Source: Candidatus Latescibacterota bacterium (GTDB taxonomy: Bacteria > Latescibacterota > UBA2968 > UBA8231). From it: DNA of 64,000 nucleotides. The position numbers and the translations under genes are program-made. This document shows positions 9,415 through 18,583 of the stretch, piece by piece (positions within the stretch are counted from its first letter, which is position 1; every line of letters begins with the position of its first letter). The notes beneath the pieces are model-generated. The model did no database searches and had not been told where the DNA came from. It saw nothing but the letters and a program-made list of their open reading frames with translations. The stretch lies in the NCBI GenBank assembly GCA_965261395.1, contig OZ253462.1:1984001-2048000 (forward strand), written 5' to 3'.

Positions 9415-9543
9415 GCGATGGTAACGTTGTTTGGGAGAAGATCGATGGAACATTCGATGATGAACTTGAAGATGGCCGCAGACAACTCGCCATGAAATGC
9501 AGCAGCGATAGAGTACGGGACCACAACCAAGGAAACAACGCCC

Positions 9544-10716
9544 ATGCGAGCGACCATATACACATACCCCTGGGACTTGACGGACGAGGGCATTGACTCG
9601 GCCCTAGACACCATCGCCCACACAGCCGGCCTCAACAGCGTCAGCTTGGCCCAGAGCTACCACGTATCGACGTATTTTTTACCGCACAATCCCCGGCGGC
9701 CCCTCTATTGGGGAGAAGAAGGCGCGCTCTACTTCCAGCCATCCGCCGCCTTTTACGACGAAAGCCCAATCGCGCCCCTAATCAGCAACGTCGTCGATGG
9801 CCCGGATTACATGCGCCGAATCGCGGATAAAATCAGGGAGCGCGGCCTCGACCTGACGAGTTGGTTGGTCTTCAACTACAACCACTACCTGCCCCAGCGC
9901 TATCCAGACGCAGCCAAGCACGATCCCTTTGGACACAGCAACTTCGCCCAACTATGCCCGGCCAGCCCCTTGGTGCGCGACTACGCTTGCGCGCTCTGCC
10001 GCGATATAGCCGCGCAGTTCCAGCCCGACGAATTCCACCTCGAATCGCTGGGCTACCTGCACTTCAGCTACGGGTTCCGCAATCCCAAGGTCGGCGTAAA
10101 GATCACGCCCTTCTGCGAACTGTTGATGGGGTTGTGCTACTGCCAGCACTGCTTGCAGCGGGCCGGTGCCCTCGGCTTGGACGGAGAGAGCTTCCGCGCA
10201 GAGGTCGCCGAATACCTCGCCCGCGAACTCGCCACTGAGCCTGCCCCAGAAGACATGCAGTCCCCTAGCGCCGAATGCCTCGCCGCCGCCTTTTCCGGCC
10301 GCTTGCAGACCTTGCTCGACGCCCGCGTCGAAACGGCGACCTCGCTGGTGGAGGAAGCCATTGCCATCGCCAACCAAGCCGGCGCACGCGCCTCGTTCTT
10401 CGGGGGCCGCGACCGGGTCGTCAACGGGCTTGATTCGGATCGCGTCCTCCGCAACGTGTACATGGTCAACGCTGGCGTGGGCGGCGAGCCGGATGCCCTA
10501 GCCGCTAGCGTCCGCGGCCTGCGCGGCGAATTCCCCGCCGAAACCGGCCTGAGCGCCATCGTCTCCCCTGGGGGATTCGCCGCCGGCGACGCGCTCGGCG
10601 CACACCTGACCGCGCTGAGTCAAGCGGGCGTCAATGGCTACGCCTTCTACAACTACGGACTCATCCGCCGCGCCCACCTCGAGTGGATCGGTACCCACCG
10701 CCATTTGTGGGCGTAG
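9544..10716 (+). CDS. hypothetical TIM-barrel protein, glycoside hydrolase-like
   Basis: 390-aa ORF with host codon usage; YTYPWD, LCPASP and CYCQHC motifs. Confidence 0.55.
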   Translation: MRATIYTYPWDLTDEGIDSALDTIAHTAGLNSVSLAQSYHVSTYFLPHNPRRPLYWGEEGALYFQPSAAFYDESPIAPLISNVVDGPDYMRRIADKIRERGLDLTSWLVFNYNHYLPQRYPDAAKHDPFGHSNFAQLCPASPLVRDYACALCRDIAAQFQPDEFHLESLGYLHFSYGFRNPKVGVKITPFCELLMGLCYCQHCLQRAGALGLDGESFRAEVAEYLARELATEPAPEDMQSPSAECLAAAFSGRLQTLLDARVETATSLVEEAIAIANQAGARASFFGGRDRVVNGLDSDRVLRNVYMVNAGVGGEPDALAASVRGLRGEFPAETGLSAIVSPGGFAAGDALGAHLTALSQAGVNGYAFYNYGLIRRAHLEWIGTHRHLWA

Positions 10717-10743
10717 CGCTTTCCGACCGCAGGAGCTAACGAT

Positions 10744-11754
10744 ATGGACATCCAAGCGATCCAACGCGCCATCGACGCGCAGCCCCGCCACCGCCTGACG
10801 CATTTGCCAACGCCCTTACAGCATTGTCCGCGACTGTCGGCCGCGCTCGGGGGGCCGCAGATCTGGATCAAGCGCGACGATCTGACCGGCCTCGCCTTTG
10901 GCGGCAACAAGTCCCGCTACCTCGAATTCACCCTCGCCGAGGCCACGGCCCAGGGGTGCGATGCGGCCGTGCTGAGCGCGGTCGTCCAGTCGAATCACTG
11001 CCGCCAATTCGCCGCAGCCTGTGCCCAGCTCGGCCTCAAGGGCGTCGTCGTCCTACGCGAGAATGATTCCATCATGGGGCGCAAATCGCCGGCCCAGGGC
11101 AACTACCTTTTAGACCAGCTATGCGGAACGCGCATCCGCTTTGCTCCGCCCGAGGGCATCGGCGCAACCATAGCCGAGGAAGTGGAGCGACTCAAGGCAG
11201 AAGGACACAAGCCTTTCACCGGCCTGTCCGGGCTGTTGTCGCGCGTTGCCTATATCCAATGTGCGTTGGAAATCGAAACCCAAGTACGCGCCGCGGGCAT
11301 CCAAGCCGACGATGTGGTAGTGGGGTCAGGAGGGACCAGCTTGGCCGGGCTGGTAGCCGGATTTTCCCTTTTGGGGCGCTCGACTCGCTTCCTCGGCACC
11401 CCCCAGAGCAAGATGGGCCAGCGCGAAGGGGTATCTGAGCGCATCGCACAATCCGCCGCGGAAGCTGCGGCCCACCTCGGCCTCGAATGCGCGCCCGACC
11501 CAGAGCACATCGCCGTGACCGATGAGTACGTCGGCCCGGGCTTCGGCCATTTGGACCGCGCTACGCTCGACAGCATCCGCCTTCTCGCCCAGAGCGAGGG
11601 CATCTTCGTCGATCCCACCTATTCGGGCAAGGGACTGGCCTGCCTAATTGATCAGGTGCGCCAAGGGCGTTTCCGCGACAGCGCCAACATCGTCTTCGTC
11701 CACACCGGCGGAACACCGCTTCTCTTCGCCTACGGAGAAGCCCTGCTCGACTAG
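10744..11754 (+). CDS. PLP-dependent D-cysteine desulfhydrase/ACC deaminase family protein
   Basis: KRDDLTGLAFGGNK, QSNHCR, DPTYSGK, FVHTGG motifs. Confidence 0.9.
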   Translation: MDIQAIQRAIDAQPRHRLTHLPTPLQHCPRLSAALGGPQIWIKRDDLTGLAFGGNKSRYLEFTLAEATAQGCDAAVLSAVVQSNHCRQFAAACAQLGLKGVVVLRENDSIMGRKSPAQGNYLLDQLCGTRIRFAPPEGIGATIAEEVERLKAEGHKPFTGLSGLLSRVAYIQCALEIETQVRAAGIQADDVVVGSGGTSLAGLVAGFSLLGRSTRFLGTPQSKMGQREGVSERIAQSAAEAAAHLGLECAPDPEHIAVTDEYVGPGFGHLDRATLDSIRLLAQSEGIFVDPTYSGKGLACLIDQVRQGRFRDSANIVFVHTGGTPLLFAYGEALLD

Positions 11755-13292
11755 GGGGCTAACCCCAACGGCCCAACCAACTCGTCCAGCGCGTCCGCCA
11801 GCGGCTGTGGATTGTCGAGATCGGCGATGATGGCCGCCAAGAAGACCACGCCACGGCGGCGGGCAAAATCCGCAATCTGCGCGTAACTCAGCTTGGGCAG
11901 ATCCGCTAGCTGCTCGCCTACTAAATGCGCGAGTCGCTGCTCTAAGATCGGCGGTCGCTCGGCGTACGGCATGTTCTTCAGCAGCAGGATTAGGTCGTTG
12001 CGCGCTAAGACGCGCTCGCGGACTCCGTAGCCCAAGCGGCGGCAATAGCCGTCAAAGTCGTCCAAGGCATCCGCGCGCCCCCCCGCCAATCCCAGCGCAT
12101 CCTCCCGGCCAAAGAGGGTCGTCATTATGGTCTGCGCGATCAGATAATGGCCCCAGACCGTGGGGTGCAAATACTCGGTGATTAGCTCGTCGCCGACCAA
12201 ACCAGCCGGAGCATGGGTGGCAAGCTCCTGCTCCACATTGATCAAGATCGCCCCAGACTCAGCGGCCAAGGTGCGAATGGCGCGGTTGAAGGGCGAGCAG
12301 GCCCGCAGGTGAATGCCGTCCAAATCGCGAGCGCGCACCAACGCGGCCAGTGCCTGCGCGGAATCCCCGGCCGCTTGGTGCGCCAAGCCCGCGGCAAAGT
12401 GCAGGGCCGCGTGCTGCGGATAATCCGCCAGCGCCGAGTTTGGCGGCGGGACCGGCCCCTGCGAGCGCAGGGGATAAAATCCGGCCAAATTGGAAACCAG
12501 CGTACAGAGCGCGACCGGCACCTCGCGCTCGCGTAGCACCTCGACTATCTCGGTCATATTGCGCTGGTAATGGGCCTCGGTCTGCCGATGCGCTTCGTCC
12601 TCCAAGTAGATCTCCCGCTGCACCAAGTGCACGCCAAAGGACTCGGCGGGTGCGGCGGGGCCCAGCGCGGCCGCGGCGTAATGCAGCAGGCTTTCGAGCA
12701 AGTAGTAGGTCTTTGTCCGCTGCAAGAACATCTGCAACCGTATGAAGGCCCTGTTGCCGCTCAGGCGCGCAAACGGGGTCGCGGCCCCGTACGGCCCCAC
12801 GAACTCGTTGTGACCGGCGTAGATCACGACCAAATCCGGCTCGTACTCGACTACCTCCTCGACAAATTCGCGCACGACGAAGGAATTGATGGCCGTGACG
12901 CCGCAGTTGACAACCTCGATCTCGCGTGCTGGATACGCATCGGCGAGCATCTGTTGCAAGAAGTTGGGAAACGAAGTGTAGGCGGGGTTGGGGAAGCCGA
13001 GCAGGGTTGAAGCCCCCAGCGCGAACACGCGAAACGCGCGCGCGTCTTTGTCGCGGGCAAAGCGATCTTGACCAGGGGCCAAGCGCACGTATTGGCGGGG
13101 GAAAAAGCGCCGCGCGGCCTGCGGATTGATGCGGTAGGACGAGCCGGTAGCCGCGAAAAGAGCGTCGTCCGGGCCGACGTCCATCAGCCACAAGGCCGCC
13201 TCAAAGAGCACGACGAACGACAAACCAACCAGTATAGCAACGGCCCGGCCTTTTGCCCTATTTGTTGTTTTTACTTTGTTTTGCGCGTTCAT
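11751..13292 (-). CDS. membrane-anchored SGNH/GDSL-type hydrolase with TPR-like insert
   Basis: N-terminal TM helix, ALGASTLLGFP, EVVNCG, YAGHNEF, EYLHPT. Confidence 0.75.
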   Translation of the reverse strand: MNAQNKVKTTNRAKGRAVAILVGLSFVVLFEAALWLMDVGPDDALFAATGSSYRINPQAARRFFPRQYVRLAPGQDRFARDKDARAFRVFALGASTLLGFPNPAYTSFPNFLQQMLADAYPAREIEVVNCGVTAINSFVVREFVEEVVEYEPDLVVIYAGHNEFVGPYGAATPFARLSGNRAFIRLQMFLQRTKTYYLLESLLHYAAAALGPAAPAESFGVHLVQREIYLEDEAHRQTEAHYQRNMTEIVEVLREREVPVALCTLVSNLAGFYPLRSQGPVPPPNSALADYPQHAALHFAAGLAHQAAGDSAQALAALVRARDLDGIHLRACSPFNRAIRTLAAESGAILINVEQELATHAPAGLVGDELITEYLHPTVWGHYLIAQTIMTTLFGREDALGLAGGRADALDDFDGYCRRLGYGVRERVLARNDLILLLKNMPYAERPPILEQRLAHLVGEQLADLPKLSYAQIADFARRRGVVFLAAIIADLDNPQPLADALDELVGPLGLAP

Positions 13293-13308
13293 CAACACTT
13301 AAAAAAAC

Positions 13309-15261
13309 ATGGCTGAAATCGACTCTTCTGACAATGCGCCGGCCGCCATTACGGGCCGGAGCATCCTCGTCGGCGCCGTGCTGAGCTTGGTCATTGCCGT
13401 CGGTATTCCCTACGGCAGCATGGTCGTGCAAGGCTCGCGCCTCGGGCTGAGTTCGGCTACGCCGGCGGCGTTTTTCCTGCTATTCGTCCTGCTCCTGACC
13501 CTTCAAATTGCCTTGGGACGCCGGGGTTTTCGGCGCGGTGAGTTGGTCGTCATCTTCGCCATGATGGCCGTTGCCACGGCCATCCCCACGCGCGGCGTAG
13601 TGGGGATGCTGCTGCCGATGATCACCGGCACCTTCTACTACGCCACTCCTGAAAACCAATGGGCCGACTTAGTCCATCCGTTTCTCTCGGATTGGATGGT
13701 GGTGTACGATCCGGCCGCGGTAAAAGCATTTTACGAGGGCACCAAAGGCTCGGCCATTCCCTATGACGTCTGGCTCAAGCCGCTCGGGCGCTGGTTTGCA
13801 TTCTACGCGGGGTTTTACGCAGCCATCATCGCGGCCATATCCATCTTGCGCCGCCAATGGGTTGACAACGAGCGACTCGTTTTTCCGCTGGCCCAAGTCC
13901 CTCTCGCCATGATACAAGACGACGATGGCGGCGAGCAAAAAACTCTCAGACCTTTTTTTCGCAACCCCATCATGTGGTGCGGCTTGTTGCTGCCCTTCTT
14001 GCTCAACAGCACCAACGCCCTGCACCACTACTTCAACTTCGTCCCCTCCCTCGCCCTCCAGACTAGCGTCGAGCTTTTCAACCGCACGGCCTCGCTCAAC
14101 ATCCGCATGAACTTCCTGATGTTCGGCTTCGCGTATTTCATCAACTCTAATATCGCCTTCAGCCTGTGGTTTTTCTACCTGCTCCACGTGATACAAGAAA
14201 GTGTCTTCAGCTACATCGGCATCTTCAGCCCCGAGGAACTGGGACCTTGGACCGGGTCTGGGCCGGTGGGCGCGATTATGGGACATCAGATGATGGGCGC
14301 GATCATCGTCTTGGTGTTCTTTGGGTTGTGGACGGCGCGGCCCCACCTCAAAAACGTCCTGCGCAAGGCCCTGTGGGGCGACGACCGGATCGACGACTCG
14401 CAGGAGATTCTCTCCTATCGGGCCGCGTTTTGGCTCTTCATCGGCGGTGTCTGCACCATGGGCTTCTGGCTGTGGAAAAGCGGGATCCCGGCTTGGATCG
14501 TGCCCTTCTTCCTGTTCTCTTCCTTGGTCATATTCATCGGCCTAGCGCGCGTCATCGCCGAGGCGGGCATGCCCACCGTAACCCCAGAAATGGTCCCGGC
14601 CGGCTTTGTCGTCTCCGGCGTTGGAGTCCCGGCCCTCGGCGCGCAAGGCATGGTCGCCACAGGCTACTCTTTGGTCTGGGCGGGGGACCTGCTGGTCTTT
14701 ATGACCGCGCCCCTCGCCAACAGCCTGCGCTTGAGCAGCGCGATCAAAGGCACCCGCCGCCCGCTCTTCTGGGCGATTGTCGCGGCCATGCTCATCAGCC
14801 TAGTAGTCTCCTCTTGGTTCATGCTCTACCTCGCATACCGCGACGGCGCGCTCAACCTACATCCCCAATACTTCACCGGCTTTGCTGCATACCCCTCGGA
14901 CTTTGCCGCGCAAAAGCTCGCCAATCCCACGGGACCGAGCCTTGCCGGGTGGCTGTGGACGGGTTTCGGCGCCCTGATCATGGGCGGTTTGATGACCGCC
15001 CGCCACTTCTTCGTCTGGTGGCCCTTTCACCCGCTCGGCTTTGCGGTGAGCACCGGCTGGGTAATGAACAGCATCTGGTTTTCGATCTTTCTCGCTTGGC
15101 TCATCAAGATCACCGTCCTCAAATACGGCGGCCCCCGCACCTACCTCCTCACCCGCCCCTTTTTCGTCGGGGTCGTGCTCGGCCAGTTCGTCGCCGCTGG
15201 CCTGTGGCTGGTGGTGGATGGCTTTACCGGCATGGTCGGCAATCGAACACCTGTATATTAA
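13309..15261 (+). CDS. DUF6785/DUF6784 polytopic membrane protein (OPT-like transporter)
   Basis: Many TM helices; RRQWVDNERLVFPL, RVIAEAG, WWPFHPLG, KYGG...RPFF motifs. Confidence 0.75.
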   Translation: MAEIDSSDNAPAAITGRSILVGAVLSLVIAVGIPYGSMVVQGSRLGLSSATPAAFFLLFVLLLTLQIALGRRGFRRGELVVIFAMMAVATAIPTRGVVGMLLPMITGTFYYATPENQWADLVHPFLSDWMVVYDPAAVKAFYEGTKGSAIPYDVWLKPLGRWFAFYAGFYAAIIAAISILRRQWVDNERLVFPLAQVPLAMIQDDDGGEQKTLRPFFRNPIMWCGLLLPFLLNSTNALHHYFNFVPSLALQTSVELFNRTASLNIRMNFLMFGFAYFINSNIAFSLWFFYLLHVIQESVFSYIGIFSPEELGPWTGSGPVGAIMGHQMMGAIIVLVFFGLWTARPHLKNVLRKALWGDDRIDDSQEILSYRAAFWLFIGGVCTMGFWLWKSGIPAWIVPFFLFSSLVIFIGLARVIAEAGMPTVTPEMVPAGFVVSGVGVPALGAQGMVATGYSLVWAGDLLVFMTAPLANSLRLSSAIKGTRRPLFWAIVAAMLISLVVSSWFMLYLAYRDGALNLHPQYFTGFAAYPSDFAAQKLANPTGPSLAGWLWTGFGALIMGGLMTARHFFVWWPFHPLGFAVSTGWVMNSIWFSIFLAWLIKITVLKYGGPRTYLLTRPFFVGVVLGQFVAAGLWLVVDGFTGMVGNRTPVY

Positions 15262-15275
15262 AGGAAAGAATCTCT

Positions 15276-16919
15276 ATGCGACCTCTGTACACCCTCGCTA
15301 TCACTATCGCCCTCGCGAGTTGCTCTCAGGAGGCAAACTCGCCGGTAGCGCGAGTCAATGACGTACCCATCTCGGCGGAGAGCCTGTGGGCCTTTGTCGA
15401 AAAGCTGCCTCCAGGCTTGCGCAACCCCGAAGGCGGCGACGCGGCCCGACGTCAATACGTGCAATCGCTTATCGACCGCCAACTAATTCTCAAAGAGGCT
15501 ATCACTCACGGGCTGGATACCCTACAATCGGTAAAACGCGCCGTCGATGAGGCCGTGGATGCGCGGGTCATCGCCCTCTATCGGGCGCGCAGCATAACCG
15601 CTCAGGTGCAAGTGCCCGAAGAAGAGGTGCGGCGCGTCTTTGCGGAAGAGGGCTACCACCGCGAGCGCAAGCTCAACGCGATCCTGGTCCACACTCGCGC
15701 CGAAATCGAAGCGGCCATGGCCGCGCTCGACACCGGCCAGCCCTTTGCCGAAGTGGCCCGCGCGCACTCGCTCGACAAGCGCTCGGCTGAACAGGGCGGC
15801 GAGTTGGGCTTTATTGGCCGCGAGGCTGCGCCCGGTCTGCACATCCCAGCCGAGGTCTTCAATACGCTGCCCTTGGGGGAAATATCCGCCCCTTTGCGCG
15901 CCGGCCGCAGTTGGCACATCGTCCGCTTCACCGAAGACCGCGACACACCTTACGAGCGCTACCGCCCCCTCATCGAAGAGCAGCTATTCCGCGAGCGCTT
16001 GGCCCAAGTTGAGGCCGAGCACTTTGAGTCACTCCGCGCGGCGGCAAGTGCAGCCCTCGACCACGATGGGCTGCAACTCATGCTCAGCGCGGCCCAGCGC
16101 GAGGACGGCGCGCTGCTCGACACATCCGCCGCGCCGCTCTACACTTTTGCCGAGGGCCAAGCCACGGTCGCTGCGGCTTATAAGGCCCTGAGACGGCTCA
16201 ATGCCCAGCGCAGCCTCAAAGACAGCACGCGCGCGCGCACCGCGCTAGACAGGTTGGTGCTGCGGCCCCTCCTCCAGCGCCGCGCCGCCCGCGAACAGGG
16301 CCTACACGAAGACCCAGACATCCAACGGCTGGCCACGCGGGCTTACCAAGACGCACTGCTCAACGCCGTGCGCAACCGCTTCGCAGCCGTCGAAATGCTC
16401 TCCGACGCCGAGGTATGGGAATACTACGACAGCCACCCAGATATGTTTTATCACGAAGAGTCCGTCGAGGTCGAAGAGCTGCTCGCGTCTAGCCCGGCCG
16501 AGGCCCAGTGGTTCAGCGACCAACTCGCCGCCGGCGCGAGTTTTGCCGACCTCGCCGACCGCAGCGTCCGCGCCCAAGCGGTCAAGTCGCAAGCGCGCTT
16601 CCACTTCCATCCGCGCGACGAGAAGCTCTATCCGCACCTAGTCCCGGCCATCTATGCAGCACAACCCGGCCAGCTCGTCGGGCCGATTCGGGTGCGCGAC
16701 GGGTACTCCATTTTCCGCGTCCAAGGACGCAACCCCGGCCGGGTCGAGCCGTACGAGCAGGTCCAGCGCCGCGCCCACGCGCTGCTGCGCCGCGAGCGAG
16801 AAAACGCGGCCTTCACCAGCTTGGTCCAAGACCTGCGCCAGCGCTATCAGAGCCGGGTCGAAATCGACGAGCAAGCACTCAAGGCCGCCCTGCCAGATTC
16901 GCTGGTCCAAGGCACCTGA
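15276..16919 (+). CDS. PpiC/parvulin-type peptidyl-prolyl isomerase lipoprotein (SurA/PrsA-like, two PPIase domains)
   Basis: AGGA RBS, lipobox LASC, FAEVARAHSLD...GGELG, second domain FADLA...GPIRVRDGYSIF. Confidence 0.8.
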   Translation: MRPLYTLAITIALASCSQEANSPVARVNDVPISAESLWAFVEKLPPGLRNPEGGDAARRQYVQSLIDRQLILKEAITHGLDTLQSVKRAVDEAVDARVIALYRARSITAQVQVPEEEVRRVFAEEGYHRERKLNAILVHTRAEIEAAMAALDTGQPFAEVARAHSLDKRSAEQGGELGFIGREAAPGLHIPAEVFNTLPLGEISAPLRAGRSWHIVRFTEDRDTPYERYRPLIEEQLFRERLAQVEAEHFESLRAAASAALDHDGLQLMLSAAQREDGALLDTSAAPLYTFAEGQATVAAAYKALRRLNAQRSLKDSTRARTALDRLVLRPLLQRRAAREQGLHEDPDIQRLATRAYQDALLNAVRNRFAAVEMLSDAEVWEYYDSHPDMFYHEESVEVEELLASSPAEAQWFSDQLAAGASFADLADRSVRAQAVKSQARFHFHPRDEKLYPHLVPAIYAAQPGQLVGPIRVRDGYSIFRVQGRNPGRVEPYEQVQRRAHALLRRERENAAFTSLVQDLRQRYQSRVEIDEQALKAALPDSLVQGT

Positions 16920-16922
16920 GCG

Positions 16923-18371
16923 ATGACCGCGCGCCTGTTGCTGATTTTGGGCGCACTCGCCTGCGCCGACCAACCCGATCCGCAAGATGCGGCACGCCCC
17001 GCAGAAGCCCACCGCTTGCTCCAGCGCGGTACGCTCTTCTTGCAACAGGATCGGCCCGCCCGCGCCCTAGCGGCACTCACGCAGGCCGTGGCGCTCGATT
17101 CCGCGTCGAGCACCGCCCATTTTCAGCAGGGACTAGCCCATGCCCGGCTCGACCAGCCAGCGCTCGCCATCGCCGCCTTCAAACGCGCCTTGGCCCTGAC
17201 GCCCGACCAGCCGCGCGCGCTCTTTGCTCTCGCCGCGGTGCTGCGCGACCAGCACCGCTATCTAGAGGCAGCTACCTATCTGGAGCAGGCTATCGCCCTC
17301 GCTCCCGAGCGCGCCAAATATCACTTCTATCTGGGTGAGGCGCGCCGCGCCACCGGCGATTTTGCAGGCGCGCTCGCAGCCTTTGAACGCACCATCGAAC
17401 TCGCGCCCGACCATCTTGAGGCCCGCTACTACCACAGCGACCTCCTCGTGCGCAACCAGCAATTATCCCAAGCGCGCGCGGGCTTTGTAGATCTGCTCGC
17501 CCATGATCCCGACCACGTCCAAGGCGGTCTCGGCTTGGGCGGCTTGCTCATCCGCCTAGGGGAACCCGCAGCGGCCATCGACGTGCTTGAGCGCATTGCC
17601 ACCACCGAGCCGCACAACCCCGCTCCCCACTATCTGTTGGCCCAAGCCTACGCCGAGTGCGACCGCCCCGACGACGCCCGCAACGCGCTGGGCCGCTTCC
17701 AGCGCTTGAGCGCGGCCGAACGCCACCTCAACCAAGCCAACATTTACATCCGCCAACGCACGTGGGACAAGGCGATCGACTCCCTAAAACGCGCCCTCGC
17801 TAACGACTCTACCTCGGTGGACATTCGCCAGCGCCTCGCCACCGTGTACGCATACCAAAAGCGCTTCGCCGACGCCCGCGACGCGCTGGAGCAAGTCCTC
17901 GCCCGCGAGCCCGACCACCACGACGCCTACATCATGTTGGGCGACCTGTACTTGCACGAGGGTATGTCCAAAGAAGCCAACGCGCACTTTACCCGCGCCT
18001 CGGCGATCGACCCCGACTCCTTTGCCGCGGCCTATGGCTTGGGCCGCGCGCGTTTCAAAAGTGGCGACTTTGCCGGGGCCGTCGCCGCGTTGCGCCAAGC
18101 CCTCGCCCGCGAGCCCGACCACCGCGACGCCCACTACGCCATCGGGCTAGCCTATGTCCGCCAAGCAAGCTACCGCGATGCCCGCGCCCATTTCGCCCGC
18201 AGCATTGCCCTCGACCCAGACCACGCGGAATCGCACTACGGGCTGGCGCTGCTCCTCATGCAGCAAGGGCAGCGGGAGCAAGCGCGGCAAGCCTTGCAAA
18301 AGGTGCTTGCCCTCGCCCCGGATCACCAGCGCGCTCAGGCCAAGCTAGGCGAACTGGACCAAGAGCCGTAA
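16923..18371 (+). CDS. tetratricopeptide repeat lipoprotein
   Basis: Lipobox ALAC followed by about 12 TPR units (A..LAPDH..A). Confidence 0.85.
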   Translation: MTARLLLILGALACADQPDPQDAARPAEAHRLLQRGTLFLQQDRPARALAALTQAVALDSASSTAHFQQGLAHARLDQPALAIAAFKRALALTPDQPRALFALAAVLRDQHRYLEAATYLEQAIALAPERAKYHFYLGEARRATGDFAGALAAFERTIELAPDHLEARYYHSDLLVRNQQLSQARAGFVDLLAHDPDHVQGGLGLGGLLIRLGEPAAAIDVLERIATTEPHNPAPHYLLAQAYAECDRPDDARNALGRFQRLSAAERHLNQANIYIRQRTWDKAIDSLKRALANDSTSVDIRQRLATVYAYQKRFADARDALEQVLAREPDHHDAYIMLGDLYLHEGMSKEANAHFTRASAIDPDSFAAAYGLGRARFKSGDFAGAVAALRQALAREPDHRDAHYAIGLAYVRQASYRDARAHFARSIALDPDHAESHYGLALLLMQQGQREQARQALQKVLALAPDHQRAQAKLGELDQEP

Positions 18372-18376
18372 GCTGC

Positions 18377-18583
18377 CTCTTTCGCGTCCTCGGCGACGGA
18401 ACTTTGCCGAGGTGGCCGAGCGCGCTGGAGTCCTTTTCCCGGCGGAAGGCGGATATGCGGCTTCTTCTTCGATCTTGACAACGACGGACATCTCGACCTA
18501 TTTGCTTCAACTATGAGCGCCTTTCCCGGCCGCATCCGCATCGCCCAACGCGAGGCGCACTACCAGATTCTCAGGAGGCCACC
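18377..18583 (+). pseudogene. frameshifted relic of a CRTAC1/ASPIC-UnbV (FG-GAP repeat) gene
   Basis: Across two frameshifts it reads LFRVLGDG-FAEVAERAGV...GGY-GFFFDLDNDGHLDLF. Confidence 0.65.

Noticed and set aside
14166-15275. N-terminal 370 aa of the 917-aa ORF 14166-16919
   Set aside because: Off-frame shadow of the DUF6785 gene (Arg/Pro-rich); the real PPIase starts at ATG 15276 with an RBS and lipobox
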